A DNA stretch of 64,000 nucleotides from Methanocaldococcus indicus (GCF_049554935.1 NZ_CP186926.1:256001-320000); one strand, 5' to 3'; counted from the stretch's first letter, positions 42,054 through 52,661 are shown. Program-made: numbers and translations. Notes: generated by a model not told the origin, from the sequence alone.

Positions 42054-43283
42054 ATGTTTGATGAACCTGTAAAAGAGATAATGACTAAAGATGTAGTAAC
42101 AATAACACCAGAAACACCAATATCCAAGGCTATTGGGATTATGGATGAAAATAACTTCCACCATTTAATTGTTGTAGATAAAAAAGATGGTAAAGAGGAG
42201 TATTATTTAGTTTCAATGAGAGATTTGTTATTAGCAAGTAATCCAGAGGAAGAAGTTAGAACTTTGATGTACAAAGCTCACTGTATAGATGAAGATACTC
42301 CTGTTCTTGATGCTGTATGTGAGATGGTTGAAAGTGGATTAAGAGCAGTTCCAATAGTTAATAAATATGGAGTATTAGTAGGAATTGTTACTGATTATGA
42401 TATAATGAATAGAGCTTCAAAATCTAAGTTATTAAAAGATATAGAAGTTAAAAAATTGATGACAAGACACCCAATAACAATATATGAATATGAATCAATA
42501 GGTAAGGCAAGAGCTTTAATGAGAGATAACAACATAGGTAGATTGATAGTTTTAGATGAAGAAGGGAAACCAGTAGGGATTGTTACAGAAGAGGATATTT
42601 TAAAGAAGGTATTTAAGCCAAAAAGAAGAATGGGTGCTGGAGACTTAAAAGGGGAAAAAGTCCCAAGAATGGGACAGCCAGTTAAATTAATTATGAGTAC
42701 TCCATTAATCTCTATTGAGCCAGAGGCAAGTGTTGCAGATGCTGCAAGAATGATGAAAGAGTATAGTATTAGAGGACTTCCAGTTATTAAAGGAGATAAA
42801 TTAAGAGGAATAATTACAAGACATGATATAGTCAAATATTTAGCTGATTTAAAGAAAGGAGCAATGATTGAAGTTGAGATTCATGGTGAGTTGGATAAAG
42901 ATGTTGAAGACTTAGCTAAAAGAATTATTGCAACAGAAGTTAAAAAAATGGTTAAACATGCTGGAAAAATACACTGGATAAAAATAAATATTAAGAAAGA
43001 GAGAGACAAAGGGGGAGTTCCTTATTATAAAATAACTACTTATGTTAAAACACCACACAAGTTGTATGTTGGAGAAGCTAAGCCAAAAGGTTCAATACCA
43101 AACAAGTTAGAGGCAGAAGGAGAAGATGTTGGTTATGTTTCCGAGCATGTAAGATGGGAGTTTATTGATATATTAAAAGATTCATTAGACTCTGTATTAA
43201 AACAATTAGAAGCAGACCATGATAGATTAAATCCAAAACATAAAAAAGAAAGACAACCAGAAGAAGGAATAAGAGAAGAATAA
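42054..43283 (+). CDS. Four-CBS-domain protein with C-terminal HPF/RaiA-like domain
   Basis: Four CBS repeats (GIVT.YD, GIVT.ED, GIIT..D) plus about 120-aa C-terminal beta-alpha-beta-beta-beta-alpha segment; GAGG RBS before ATG 42054. Confidence 0.75.
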   Translation: MFDEPVKEIMTKDVVTITPETPISKAIGIMDENNFHHLIVVDKKDGKEEYYLVSMRDLLLASNPEEEVRTLMYKAHCIDEDTPVLDAVCEMVESGLRAVPIVNKYGVLVGIVTDYDIMNRASKSKLLKDIEVKKLMTRHPITIYEYESIGKARALMRDNNIGRLIVLDEEGKPVGIVTEEDILKKVFKPKRRMGAGDLKGEKVPRMGQPVKLIMSTPLISIEPEASVADAARMMKEYSIRGLPVIKGDKLRGIITRHDIVKYLADLKKGAMIEVEIHGELDKDVEDLAKRIIATEVKKMVKHAGKIHWIKINIKKERDKGGVPYYKITTYVKTPHKLYVGEAKPKGSIPNKLEAEGEDVGYVSEHVRWEFIDILKDSLDSVLKQLEADHDRLNPKHKKERQPEEGIREE

Positions 43284-43408
43284 TATCTATATTTTATTTT
43301 TTTATTTTTAAATTTTTAATTTTATAAGTAAAACAATATTCATGAGATAAAATTAATTTTCAATTGAAATAATCTATTTTTACTTTAAAAGAAAAATCAA
43401 CTAGAAAA

Positions 43409-44316
43409 ATTTCCATACCGGGACGGTCTTATTTTAACGGAGTGGAAAGAGTCCCCGCTGAGATAAACATAGAACACAAATTTCCATACCGGGACGGTCT
43501 TATTTTAACTTGTTCAAGAATGAATCATATCTATACAGTGAACCTACATTTCCATACCGGGACGGTCTTATTTTAACCTTAGTGTATTGTAATAGGAATT
43601 ATTGATTCATTTAATTTCAATTCCGAGACGGTCTTATTTTAACGATATATCATAAAGTGCCTGTGGTTTATAGAGATGAGAGATTTCAATTCCGAGACGG
43701 TCTTATTTTAACCATCTTGGACACAAATACACTTTTGCCTTCTTAATTTATTTCAATTCCGAGACGGTCTTATTTTAACAAGGATATTGTTTATAAGGAT
43801 TTGTATAAATTATGTGATATATTTCAATTCCGAGACGGTCTTATTTTAACGACACCTTCACATACAAAGAATATGAGATAAAGAAAACATTTCAATTCCG
43901 AGACGGTCTTATTTTAACATTGATGAAGAAGGGGATATTTATTTGTTTTATAGAGATTTCAATTCCGAGACGGTCTTATTTTAACTTTTAACGAAGGAAT
44001 TTTAGATTATGCTGGATTGAGATTGATTTCAATTCCGAGACGGTCTTATTTTAACTTAATGAATAATGTAAAAATTGCAAATCTAACTAATTTCAATTCC
44101 GAGACGGTCTTATTTTAACATAAAATGCTCACTAACATCAAAAATTTTTATTTTATATTTCAATTCCGAGACGGTCTTATTTTAACTTTATATCAAATAA
44201 AAGAAGGGTATAATTGTAATGATTTCAATTCCGAGACGGTCTTATTTTAACTTTTTGTATTTTTTCCATTTTTCAAGTGCTTCAAAATTTCAATTCCGAG
44301 ACGGTCTTATTTTAAC
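43409..44316 (-). CRISPR. CRISPR array 2: 14 repeats (30 nt; + strand ATTTCAATTCCGAGACGGTCTTATTTTAAC x11, ATTTCCATACCGGGACGGTCTTATTTTAAC x3), 13 spacers of 34-41 nt
   Basis: Repeats start at 43409, 43480, 43548, 43614, 43683, 43750, 43821, 43889, 43956, 44026, 44090, 44157, 44222, 44287; ATTGAAAT 3' end on the minus strand; leader on the right. Confidence 0.98.
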
Positions 44317-44690
44317 AGGAGGCACATTTTAGATATAATAATATAACGACTTTCTCATATATAAGCTTTTTGGTACTAAAATTTTCGAAGGGTAGGTTTC
44401 CCTATTTATTTATATACCTTCGAACGTTTATAAAAATCTTTCTATTCCCAATTATTCAATTAAAAATTTTTTATATCTAAAAATTAAACCAATTTATCGG
44501 GGATTTTCAAATGTTAAAAGAAATAACCTAAAACACCTAAAAATCTCGTTATATTATTAAATCAAAATATATAAAATACTCAAAATATGGACCCCCTCTG
44601 AATTTTTCTAAAAATCCTTTAAATTGAAAATAACCAACTAAAACCAAATTAAATCAAAAAATAAAGATTTTTAGCGTGATAATTATCATC
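44317..44690 (-). promoter_or_regulatory. CRISPR leader 2 (374 bp), homologous to leader 1
   Basis: AGGAGGCACATTTTAGA...CATATATAAGCTTTT...GAAGGGTAGGTTTCCCTATTT...TTTAGCGTGATAATT.TCATC shared with 26431-26804. Confidence 0.9.
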
Positions 44691-44751
44691 CAAATATATA
44701 TAACTGTTACTGTAAATTATTATTTTAAAAACTTAATTATGGAGAAAATCC

Positions 44752-45486
44752 ATGTATCAGAAAATAGGAGATATTTTAGTAGTTAAAAGAGATTTATCTC
44801 AAAAAGAGATTGAAACATTAGTAAATAAAACAAAATGCAAAACAATAGTTAGATACACTACACAAATAACAGGAGAATTTAGAACTCCAAATGTAAAAAT
44901 TTTATTTGGTAAAGAAACTGAAACTATACACAAAGAGCATAAATGCTTATTTAAGTTAGATGTTGCTAAAATTATGTGGAGTCAGGGAAATATTAAAGAA
45001 AGGGAAAGAATAGCTAAAATTTCAAATAAAAATGAGATTGTTATTGATATGTTTGCAGGAATTGGTTATTTTTCTATACCTATAGCAAAATACTCACAAC
45101 CTAAAAAAATCTATTCAATTGAAAAAAATCCAATCTCTTTCTATTATTTAACTGAAAATGTAAAATTAAACAAATTAAAAAATGTAGTTCCTATTCTTTC
45201 GGATAATAGAGATGTTGATTTAAAAGGAGATAGAATAATTATGGGATATATACATAAAACCCATAAATTTTTAGATAAGGCTTTTTCATTTTTAAAAGAT
45301 GTTGGTTATATCCACTATCATGAAACTGTTGCTGAAAAAGTCCTTTATAGACCAATAGAAAGGCTAAAATACTATGCAGAAAAGAACAACTATAAATTAG
45401 AATCTTATAATCTAATAAAAGTTAAGAAATATGCTCCAGGAGTTTGGCATGTTGTTGTAGATGCTAAATTCTGTGCATATAGTTAA
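44752..45486 (+). CDS. taw2: tRNA(Phe) 4-demethylwyosine aminocarboxypropyltransferase (Trm5/TYW2 family)
   Basis: ITGEFRTP, MWSQGN..ER, DMFAGIGYF, EKNP, KKYAPG; resembles MJ1557. Confidence 0.88.
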   Translation: MYQKIGDILVVKRDLSQKEIETLVNKTKCKTIVRYTTQITGEFRTPNVKILFGKETETIHKEHKCLFKLDVAKIMWSQGNIKERERIAKISNKNEIVIDMFAGIGYFSIPIAKYSQPKKIYSIEKNPISFYYLTENVKLNKLKNVVPILSDNRDVDLKGDRIIMGYIHKTHKFLDKAFSFLKDVGYIHYHETVAEKVLYRPIERLKYYAEKNNYKLESYNLIKVKKYAPGVWHVVVDAKFCAYS

Positions 45487-45733
45487 AAATATCTTCATGC
45501 TGAACAAAAACCTCAACTCCAAGCTCTTTAGCTTTCTTTTCTAACTCTTTTTTTAAAGATAATAAATCTATCTTGCTATTTGATAAATCTACAATCATAA
45601 TCATAGCAAAGACATCTTGTATGATTGTTTGGCTAATATCTACAATATTGACATTATACTCTGCTAAAACATTGGATATGCCTGCAACTATTCCAGTTTT
45701 ATCTTTTCCTATAACAGATACTACTGCCCTCAT
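45464..45733 (-). CDS. ACT-domain protein (UPF0237)
   Basis: VIGKDKTGIVA, NI.DISQT, QHEDIF..MHRI. Confidence 0.9.
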   Translation of the reverse strand: MRAVVSVIGKDKTGIVAGISNVLAEYNVNIVDISQTIIQDVFAMIMIVDLSNSKIDLLSLKKELEKKAKELGVEVFVQHEDIFNYMHRI

Positions 45734-45745
45734 GATTTCACATTT

Positions 45746-46207
45746 TTAAATTGTTATTATTTTTCCCTGTCTTCTAACTTCAACTTTTCCATCTCTTAGA
45801 TAGAATTTTACTATTCTACTACCAGTCCCTCCTGTATCTTCTCCTTTCAAAGGAATTTTATATTTAGCTAATAACTCCTTAGCCTTTTTAACATTTTTCT
45901 CTCCAATATTTATAGTTGAAGATGTCTTAAACATCTTAGCTCCACCAGCAAGTTTAGCAATTAATTTATGTGGCCTTGCACCTTCAACTGTTAATTTTGT
46001 AATTAAGGCAGGAATTGCTGTATTTACATATCTCCCCGGGTCTCTTGGATTGGTTTCTTTTGTCTCTGGAAGTACTGAATGAGCCATACCTCCAATTTTC
46101 TTTCCAGGGTCATAAAGCATTATAGCTACACATGAGCCAAGAAGTGTTTCTAAAATTTCTGGACTTCTTGCTACTTCTAAACCCCCTATCCTAACTTTTA
46201 TAACCAT
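45746..46207 (-). CDS. cheD: Chemoreceptor glutamine deamidase CheD
   Basis: LGSCV, GGMAH..LP, KLAGGA.MF, IGEKN, EDTGG..R. Confidence 0.93.
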   Translation of the reverse strand: MVIKVRIGGLEVARSPEILETLLGSCVAIMLYDPGKKIGGMAHSVLPETKETNPRDPGRYVNTAIPALITKLTVEGARPHKLIAKLAGGAKMFKTSSTINIGEKNVKKAKELLAKYKIPLKGEDTGGTGSRIVKFYLRDGKVEVRRQGKIITI

Positions 46208-46296
46208 ACACAGACACCCACACAACAGAAAATAAAATAAAATTACTAAATATAAAAAATTATAATGATTTCTTAAAATTAAATTATATAATTTAT

Positions 46297-49143
46297 TTAT
46301 GCATTACTTAAATCTAATATTAAAGCTACTCTACCATCCCCTAAAATAGTAGCTCCTGCCAATCCAGGAATATTTTTAAGTATTCCAGTTAATGACTTAA
46401 CAACAATATCCTCTCTTCCTATAACATCATCTACTACTAATCCCATTTTTCCATCACTTTTTTCTATAACAACAACTGTGAGCTCATTATCATCAGAAGT
46501 CCTTGTAGGTAGGTGGTGCATTCCTAAAAAGTCTTTTAGCCATATCACAGGAATAATCTCATCTCTATATATTATAGTTTTTATTCCTTCAACATTCTTA
46601 ACATCATCTTGTTTAACTGTTGTAACATCTAAAACACTTGTTATAGGAATTGCATAAACTTGATTTGCTAATTTCATTAATAATGCTGTAATAATTGCCA
46701 TTGTTAATGGTAGTTTTAGAACTACTCTTGTACCTTTTCCTTTTTCAGAATATACTACAACACTACCCCCTAAAGATTCAATTTTTGTTTTAACTACATC
46801 CATTCCTACTCCTCTACCTGAAACATCAGAAACTTTTTCAGCTGTAGAGAATCCTGGCATAAATATTAAGTTTATAATTTCATGGTCAGACATTTTTTCT
46901 GCTTCTTCTGGAGTAATTAATCCTCTTTCAATTGCTTTCTTCTTAATCTTTTCAGGGTCTATTCCCCTACCATCATCTTCAACAATAATTAATACATAAT
47001 CTCTTTCTCTTTTTGCTGCTAATCTTAATAGTCCTTTTCTTGGCTTTCCTACTTTTTCTCTTTCTTCTGGTGGTTCTATTCCATGGTCTAATGCATTTCT
47101 AATTAAATGAACTAATGGTTCAGCTAATTCATCTAATACTGTTCTATCTAACTCAATATCAGTACCTTCCATAACAAATTCTACTTCTTTTCCTAAAGCC
47201 TTAGCTAAATCTCTGACCATTCTTGGGAATCTGTTAAATACATAAGAAACAGGAACCATTCTCATGGCCATAACTTCTTCTTGCAACTCATTTATGAGCA
47301 TACTTAGTCTATTAACAGCATTTTGCAACTCTTTTAGTTGATACTTGTTAGCTATCTGTGCAAAGTTTGCTCTTGTTATAACTAACTCTCCTACTAAATT
47401 CATAAGTTTATCTAATTTTTCAATATTAATTCTTATTGTTTTAGTTGTAGGTTTTTTCTCTTCTTTTTTTAGTTGTGGTTTAGGTTGTTGAGCTGCAGGT
47501 TTTTTCTCTTCTTTCTTTTCTTCCTTTTTCACTTCTTCTTTCTTTTCTTCTTCTTTTTTACCTTCTCCAGGTTTATATATTTCAACATCTTTTATTTCAG
47601 GAATATTTAAGACAGTTTCTTTAATATCATCTTCATTATACTCTTCATTTAATTTAATATATACAACAAACTTTGTTCCATTAAATTCTCCATTTTGTAT
47701 TTTTTCTAATGGAGGTATAGTCTTTACAATTTCCCCAAGGTTTTGTAATTCTTTAATAACCATATATGACCTAACAGCTCTTAAAAGACACTCATCATCT
47801 AAATAAACAATAACTTTATATGCATCAGGAACATCTTCCTCTTCTATAATTTCCTCTTCTTTGACTTCTTCCTCAATTTCTTCAATTTCAACATCTACTT
47901 GAGCTATTGCAACATATTCAATCTCTGGAAGACCATCTAAGTGTTTTTTTAACTCATCTAAATCTTTATCAGATAAAAGTAATATTTCAATATATTCAGA
48001 TGGTTTTTCTTTTAACTCTCCCTCAGTAGGTTTTGATACTAAAACTTCTCCTAAACTTCTTGCTCTTGCTAATACAACAGCTAATCTTGCAGCTTTTAAT
48101 TCACATTCATCTTCAACTTTTGCTTTTATATGGTAGAGTTTATATCCTTCATCTAATTTTTGTTTTATTAATTCCCCAAATTCAGATAAATCAAATTGTT
48201 CATGATTTAATTCAACTTCAAACTCTTCCTCTCTAACAATTTCTTTAATTTCTGTTTTACTTTCTTCTTTAATATTTTTTATTTTTTCAATTAATGAATT
48301 TATATCAATCTCATTTAAATCTTTATTCTCCTCTAATAAATTAGCTATCCTCTCTAAAGTATCCATTATTTCCTTTAATACATCTTCAACATTAGGTGTT
48401 AATTTAATTTCTTCATTCTCTATACTTTCAATAAACTCTTTAATTGTATCTAAAAGTGGCTTTAAATTTTCAATATTTAATACTTCACAGATTTTATAGA
48501 AAACATCTAAAGATTTTTTGATACTCTCAATTATTCCTTTTATTTCATTAAAGTCAATTTCTTCCTCAGTAATCTCTATCTTTTCTTTAAATACTTTTTT
48601 AACTTTTACAACACTTTTAGGATTTTTAAATTTAACAACTATTTTTTTTATTTTCTTAGTTGTTTCTGTTTTAGTTTCTTGTTGCTCTTCTACCTTTTCC
48701 TCTTTTTTCTCTTCTTCTTTCTTTTCTTCTTTGATATCTACTTTTCCTTCCAAATATTTTGCCTTTAATCTTTGAATTTCATCAATTATAGCTTGAAAAT
48801 CAACACTTGTTTCATAATTTCCTGATTTCACTTCTTCTAACATTGTTTCTAATGCATCTAAACATTTAAAGAGCATATCAATAATTTCAGAAGTAACTGG
48901 AATTTGCCCATTCCTAATATAATCTAAAATATCTTCCATATGGTGGGTTAATTCAGATATATGAGTTAATCCAACAGTTCTTGCTCCTCCTTTTATAGTA
49001 TGTGCAGACCTAAAAATTTGATTTACTAAATCTAAATTATCAGGATTTTTTTCTAATTCTAATAGACACTCATTAATAGTTTGAATATGTTCTTCTGCCT
49101 CCTCTACAAATACATCTAAATATTCCTCCATAATGTCTGTCAT
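46297..49143 (-). CDS. cheA: Chemotaxis histidine kinase CheA (Hpt, degenerate Hpt, 2x P2, dimerization, HATPase, CheW-like)
   Basis: FRSAHTIKG (H48), LMNLVGELV, HLIRNALDHGIE, DDGRG, GFST, GRGVGMDVV. Confidence 0.96.
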   Translation of the reverse strand: MTDIMEEYLDVFVEEAEEHIQTINECLLELEKNPDNLDLVNQIFRSAHTIKGGARTVGLTHISELTHHMEDILDYIRNGQIPVTSEIIDMLFKCLDALETMLEEVKSGNYETSVDFQAIIDEIQRLKAKYLEGKVDIKEEKKEEEKKEEKVEEQQETKTETTKKIKKIVVKFKNPKSVVKVKKVFKEKIEITEEEIDFNEIKGIIESIKKSLDVFYKICEVLNIENLKPLLDTIKEFIESIENEEIKLTPNVEDVLKEIMDTLERIANLLEENKDLNEIDINSLIEKIKNIKEESKTEIKEIVREEEFEVELNHEQFDLSEFGELIKQKLDEGYKLYHIKAKVEDECELKAARLAVVLARARSLGEVLVSKPTEGELKEKPSEYIEILLLSDKDLDELKKHLDGLPEIEYVAIAQVDVEIEEIEEEVKEEEIIEEEDVPDAYKVIVYLDDECLLRAVRSYMVIKELQNLGEIVKTIPPLEKIQNGEFNGTKFVVYIKLNEEYNEDDIKETVLNIPEIKDVEIYKPGEGKKEEEKKEEVKKEEKKEEKKPAAQQPKPQLKKEEKKPTTKTIRINIEKLDKLMNLVGELVITRANFAQIANKYQLKELQNAVNRLSMLINELQEEVMAMRMVPVSYVFNRFPRMVRDLAKALGKEVEFVMEGTDIELDRTVLDELAEPLVHLIRNALDHGIEPPEEREKVGKPRKGLLRLAAKRERDYVLIIVEDDGRGIDPEKIKKKAIERGLITPEEAEKMSDHEIINLIFMPGFSTAEKVSDVSGRGVGMDVVKTKIESLGGSVVVYSEKGKGTRVVLKLPLTMAIITALLMKLANQVYAIPITSVLDVTTVKQDDVKNVEGIKTIIYRDEIIPVIWLKDFLGMHHLPTRTSDDNELTVVVIEKSDGKMGLVVDDVIGREDIVVKSLTGILKNIPGLAGATILGDGRVALILDLSNA

Positions 49144-49146
49144 ACA

Positions 49147-50259
49147 TTATCCCCCAAGAATTTCTCTACAGAACTTAACAATTGCCTTAGGTATTTCAGA
49201 TGGAGGCAGAACTGCATCAGCTATACCCATTTCAATAACAGCTTTAGGCATACCAAAGACAACACATGTCTCTTTATTTTGAGCTATAATTTTTCCTCCT
49301 TTTTCTTTAATCTTTTTAAATCCATAAGCTCCATCTCTACCAATTCCAGTTAATATAACTCCTACAGCTTTACCACCATAAACATTTGCAACAGAATCAG
49401 CAGTAACATCTACTGCAGGCCTACAACCATTAACTTTAGGCATTTGATTATCTAAGGCAATATATACATTGCTTCCTCTCTTTCTTAATAACATATGATA
49501 ATCTCCAGGAGCTATATACACATATCCAGGTTGTACTCTTTCTCCATGCTCAGCTTCTTTAACATTCAATACAGATACTTGATTTATTCTATCAGCAAAT
49601 AACTTAGTGAATCCTGGAGGCATATGTTGGACTACAAATATTGGGGGCATTTTTTTAGGTAATTTGGATATAATTTCAGTTACAACTGGTGGTCCTCCTG
49701 TAGAGGAACCAATGATAACACACATCTCACTTAGCTTACTTTCAGGGAATGGTAGTTCTTCAACAACTGCTCCAGGAACTTTAGGTTTTTCTTCTGCTGG
49801 TTGTTGCTGAGTTGAAGTTGTAGGTCTTGTTATTGGTCTTCTTCTAACTAATTTAGCTTTTGCAGCTTGTTTAACTTTTTCTATAATCTCTTGTCCTATC
49901 TTTCTAATATCTAATGATATACTTCCAGAAGGTTTAGGAATAAAATCAACAGCTCCAGCTTCTAAAGCTTCAAATGTAACTCTTGAACCTTCTTTTGTTA
50001 GAGCTGAGAGCATTACAATAGGTGTAGGTTTAATTTCCATTATTTTTCTAACTGCCTCTAAACCATTCATTCTTGGCATTTCTACATCCATTGTAATAAC
50101 ATCTGGCTCTAACTTTTTAACTAATTCTATTGCCTCTAAACCATCCTTCGCAGTTCCTACTACTTCAATTTCAGGGTCAGAATTTAATATGTCTGAGATA
50201 ACTTTCCTCATAAATGCTGAATCATCTACTACTAATACTCTAATTTTTTTGCCAGCCAT
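49147..50259 (-). CDS. cheB: Chemotaxis methylesterase CheB
   Basis: Receiver domain (VVDDS, DVEMP) plus GSSTGGP, QHMP, LTGIG.DG. Confidence 0.96.
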   Translation of the reverse strand: MAGKKIRVLVVDDSAFMRKVISDILNSDPEIEVVGTAKDGLEAIELVKKLEPDVITMDVEMPRMNGLEAVRKIMEIKPTPIVMLSALTKEGSRVTFEALEAGAVDFIPKPSGSISLDIRKIGQEIIEKVKQAAKAKLVRRRPITRPTTSTQQQPAEEKPKVPGAVVEELPFPESKLSEMCVIIGSSTGGPPVVTEIISKLPKKMPPIFVVQHMPPGFTKLFADRINQVSVLNVKEAEHGERVQPGYVYIAPGDYHMLLRKRGSNVYIALDNQMPKVNGCRPAVDVTADSVANVYGGKAVGVILTGIGRDGAYGFKKIKEKGGKIIAQNKETCVVFGMPKAVIEMGIADAVLPPSEIPKAIVKFCREILGG

Positions 50260-50727
50260 TTAATAATCCCCTCCTAAATCTATATCTAATAAACTTGATA
50301 TATTTAATAAAATAATTAATCTTTTATCTAACTTAATAATTCCATCTATATACTCTCCTGCAGTTGATTTTTTAATTGAACTAACTGGCGTAATTGTATC
50401 TTTGGATATTTGCATAACATCATTTACTCCATCAACTAAAATTCCAAAAGTTTGATTATTAACCTCAATAACCATAACTAATAACTCTTCTTTATCATCT
50501 AAACTTTCATAATTATCATAAATTCCTAATTTACCTTTTAAATCAATAATTGGAGTAATTTCTCCTCTAATGTTGGTTACTCCAACAATATAACTTGGAG
50601 CATTTGGTAATGGAGTAATATCTCCTTTCTTTAATTTCAAAACTTCCCTAACCTCATCAACTTTTAATCCATATTCGTTTTCCCCTAACTTAAAGACCAC
50701 AATTTTTAATAACTCATCATTACTCAT
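50260..50727 (-). CDS. cheW: Chemotaxis adaptor CheW
   Basis: VVFKLG..EYG, P.AP.YIVGVTNIRG.I.PIIDL, GILVD.V. Confidence 0.94.
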   Translation of the reverse strand: MSNDELLKIVVFKLGENEYGLKVDEVREVLKLKKGDITPLPNAPSYIVGVTNIRGEITPIIDLKGKLGIYDNYESLDDKEELLVMVIEVNNQTFGILVDGVNDVMQISKDTITPVSSIKKSTAGEYIDGIIKLDKRLIILLNISSLLDIDLGGDY

Positions 50728-50834
50728 ACTTTCTAACCCCTAACTAATTTATAAATCATTGAAAATAATATTTTTGCTGATTAAATATATATGTTATTGT
50801 TTATGTTCTAAATTTTCCTAACTTTGGTGAGTAA

Positions 50835-51809
<975 letters not shown>

Positions 51810-51815
51810 TAGTTA

Positions 51816-52661
51816 ATGATAATCTCAATATTACAAAAAGTTATACCACTAATATTTTTGGGAGTATTTTTATCAAATTTTCTATATTATTCAAATATTA
51901 TATATTTTCTTCAAAAAAAGCTAAATAATAGCTATGTCCCAATATTGTCTGTTTTCTTTTTTAGCTCTACTTCAGGATGCTATTTATTAAAAAATCTTTT
52001 AGAAAAAAAAGAAATAGATAAAAATTTAATTTTACCTCTTTACATATTAGGAATGTTTGTATTTGGTATTCATGTAATTATATTTTATATAATTCCTGTT
52101 GCTATAAGTTTAGGTTATGTGGGATTAGAGTATATAATTATTAGATTTGTTGTTATTTCATCATACTTAATTGTTGGACTAATCTTACTAAGAAAAAATA
52201 ATGTTCCAAAAATAGAACTAAAACCTAAAAAGTTTTCTTTAAAATTAATCTTTAAGGATACTTTCAAGCAATTTTTTAATATAATAATTGTATTTGTCCC
52301 ATCAGTATTAATAATTAGTTATTTAATAGATTTAGGAGTATTTAATCATTTTTTAGGAGACTTTTTAGATAGTATTCTTCCACCAAAAGCAATAATGATT
52401 TCATTAACTGGTTTAGCAACTATTACAGGGGCTTTAGCAGTTGCTGGAAGTTTATTAGAAAAGAAAGTACTTACTAATGATGTAGCATTAATTTCAATAC
52501 TATTAGCAGATTTTTTAAATAGAATAGTTTTATATGTTAGGAAATATCTACCAATACATACCTCAATTTTTGGTAAATTAGGTATAAAATTAGCAACAAT
52601 TCAATTTCTTATATATGAGTTATCTTTATTAACTATATTGGTAATATTCCTTTTATTTTAA
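51816..52661 (+). CDS. Polytopic membrane protein (possible Gate/nucleoside-recognition domain)
   Basis: About 8 hydrophobic segments in two similar halves. Confidence 0.5.
   Translation: MIISILQKVIPLIFLGVFLSNFLYYSNIIYFLQKKLNNSYVPILSVFFFSSTSGCYLLKNLLEKKEIDKNLILPLYILGMFVFGIHVIIFYIIPVAISLGYVGLEYIIIRFVVISSYLIVGLILLRKNNVPKIELKPKKFSLKLIFKDTFKQFFNIIIVFVPSVLIISYLIDLGVFNHFLGDFLDSILPPKAIMISLTGLATITGALAVAGSLLEKKVLTNDVALISILLADFLNRIVLYVRKYLPIHTSIFGKLGIKLATIQFLIYELSLLTILVIFLLF

Noticed and set aside
43356-43383. Possible highly degenerate terminal repeat of array 2 (ATTTTCAATTGAAATAATCTATTTTTAC)
   Set aside because: Central hairpin absent and gap to the next repeat only about 25 nt; cannot be distinguished from AT-rich background.
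43986-44025. Possible self-targeting: spacer resembles globin gene around 22140-22170 (AAGGAA..TTTTAGATTAT..TGG)
   Set aside because: Needs gaps and multiple mismatches; expected by chance in AT-rich DNA. No convincing self-match was noticed in the window by eye.
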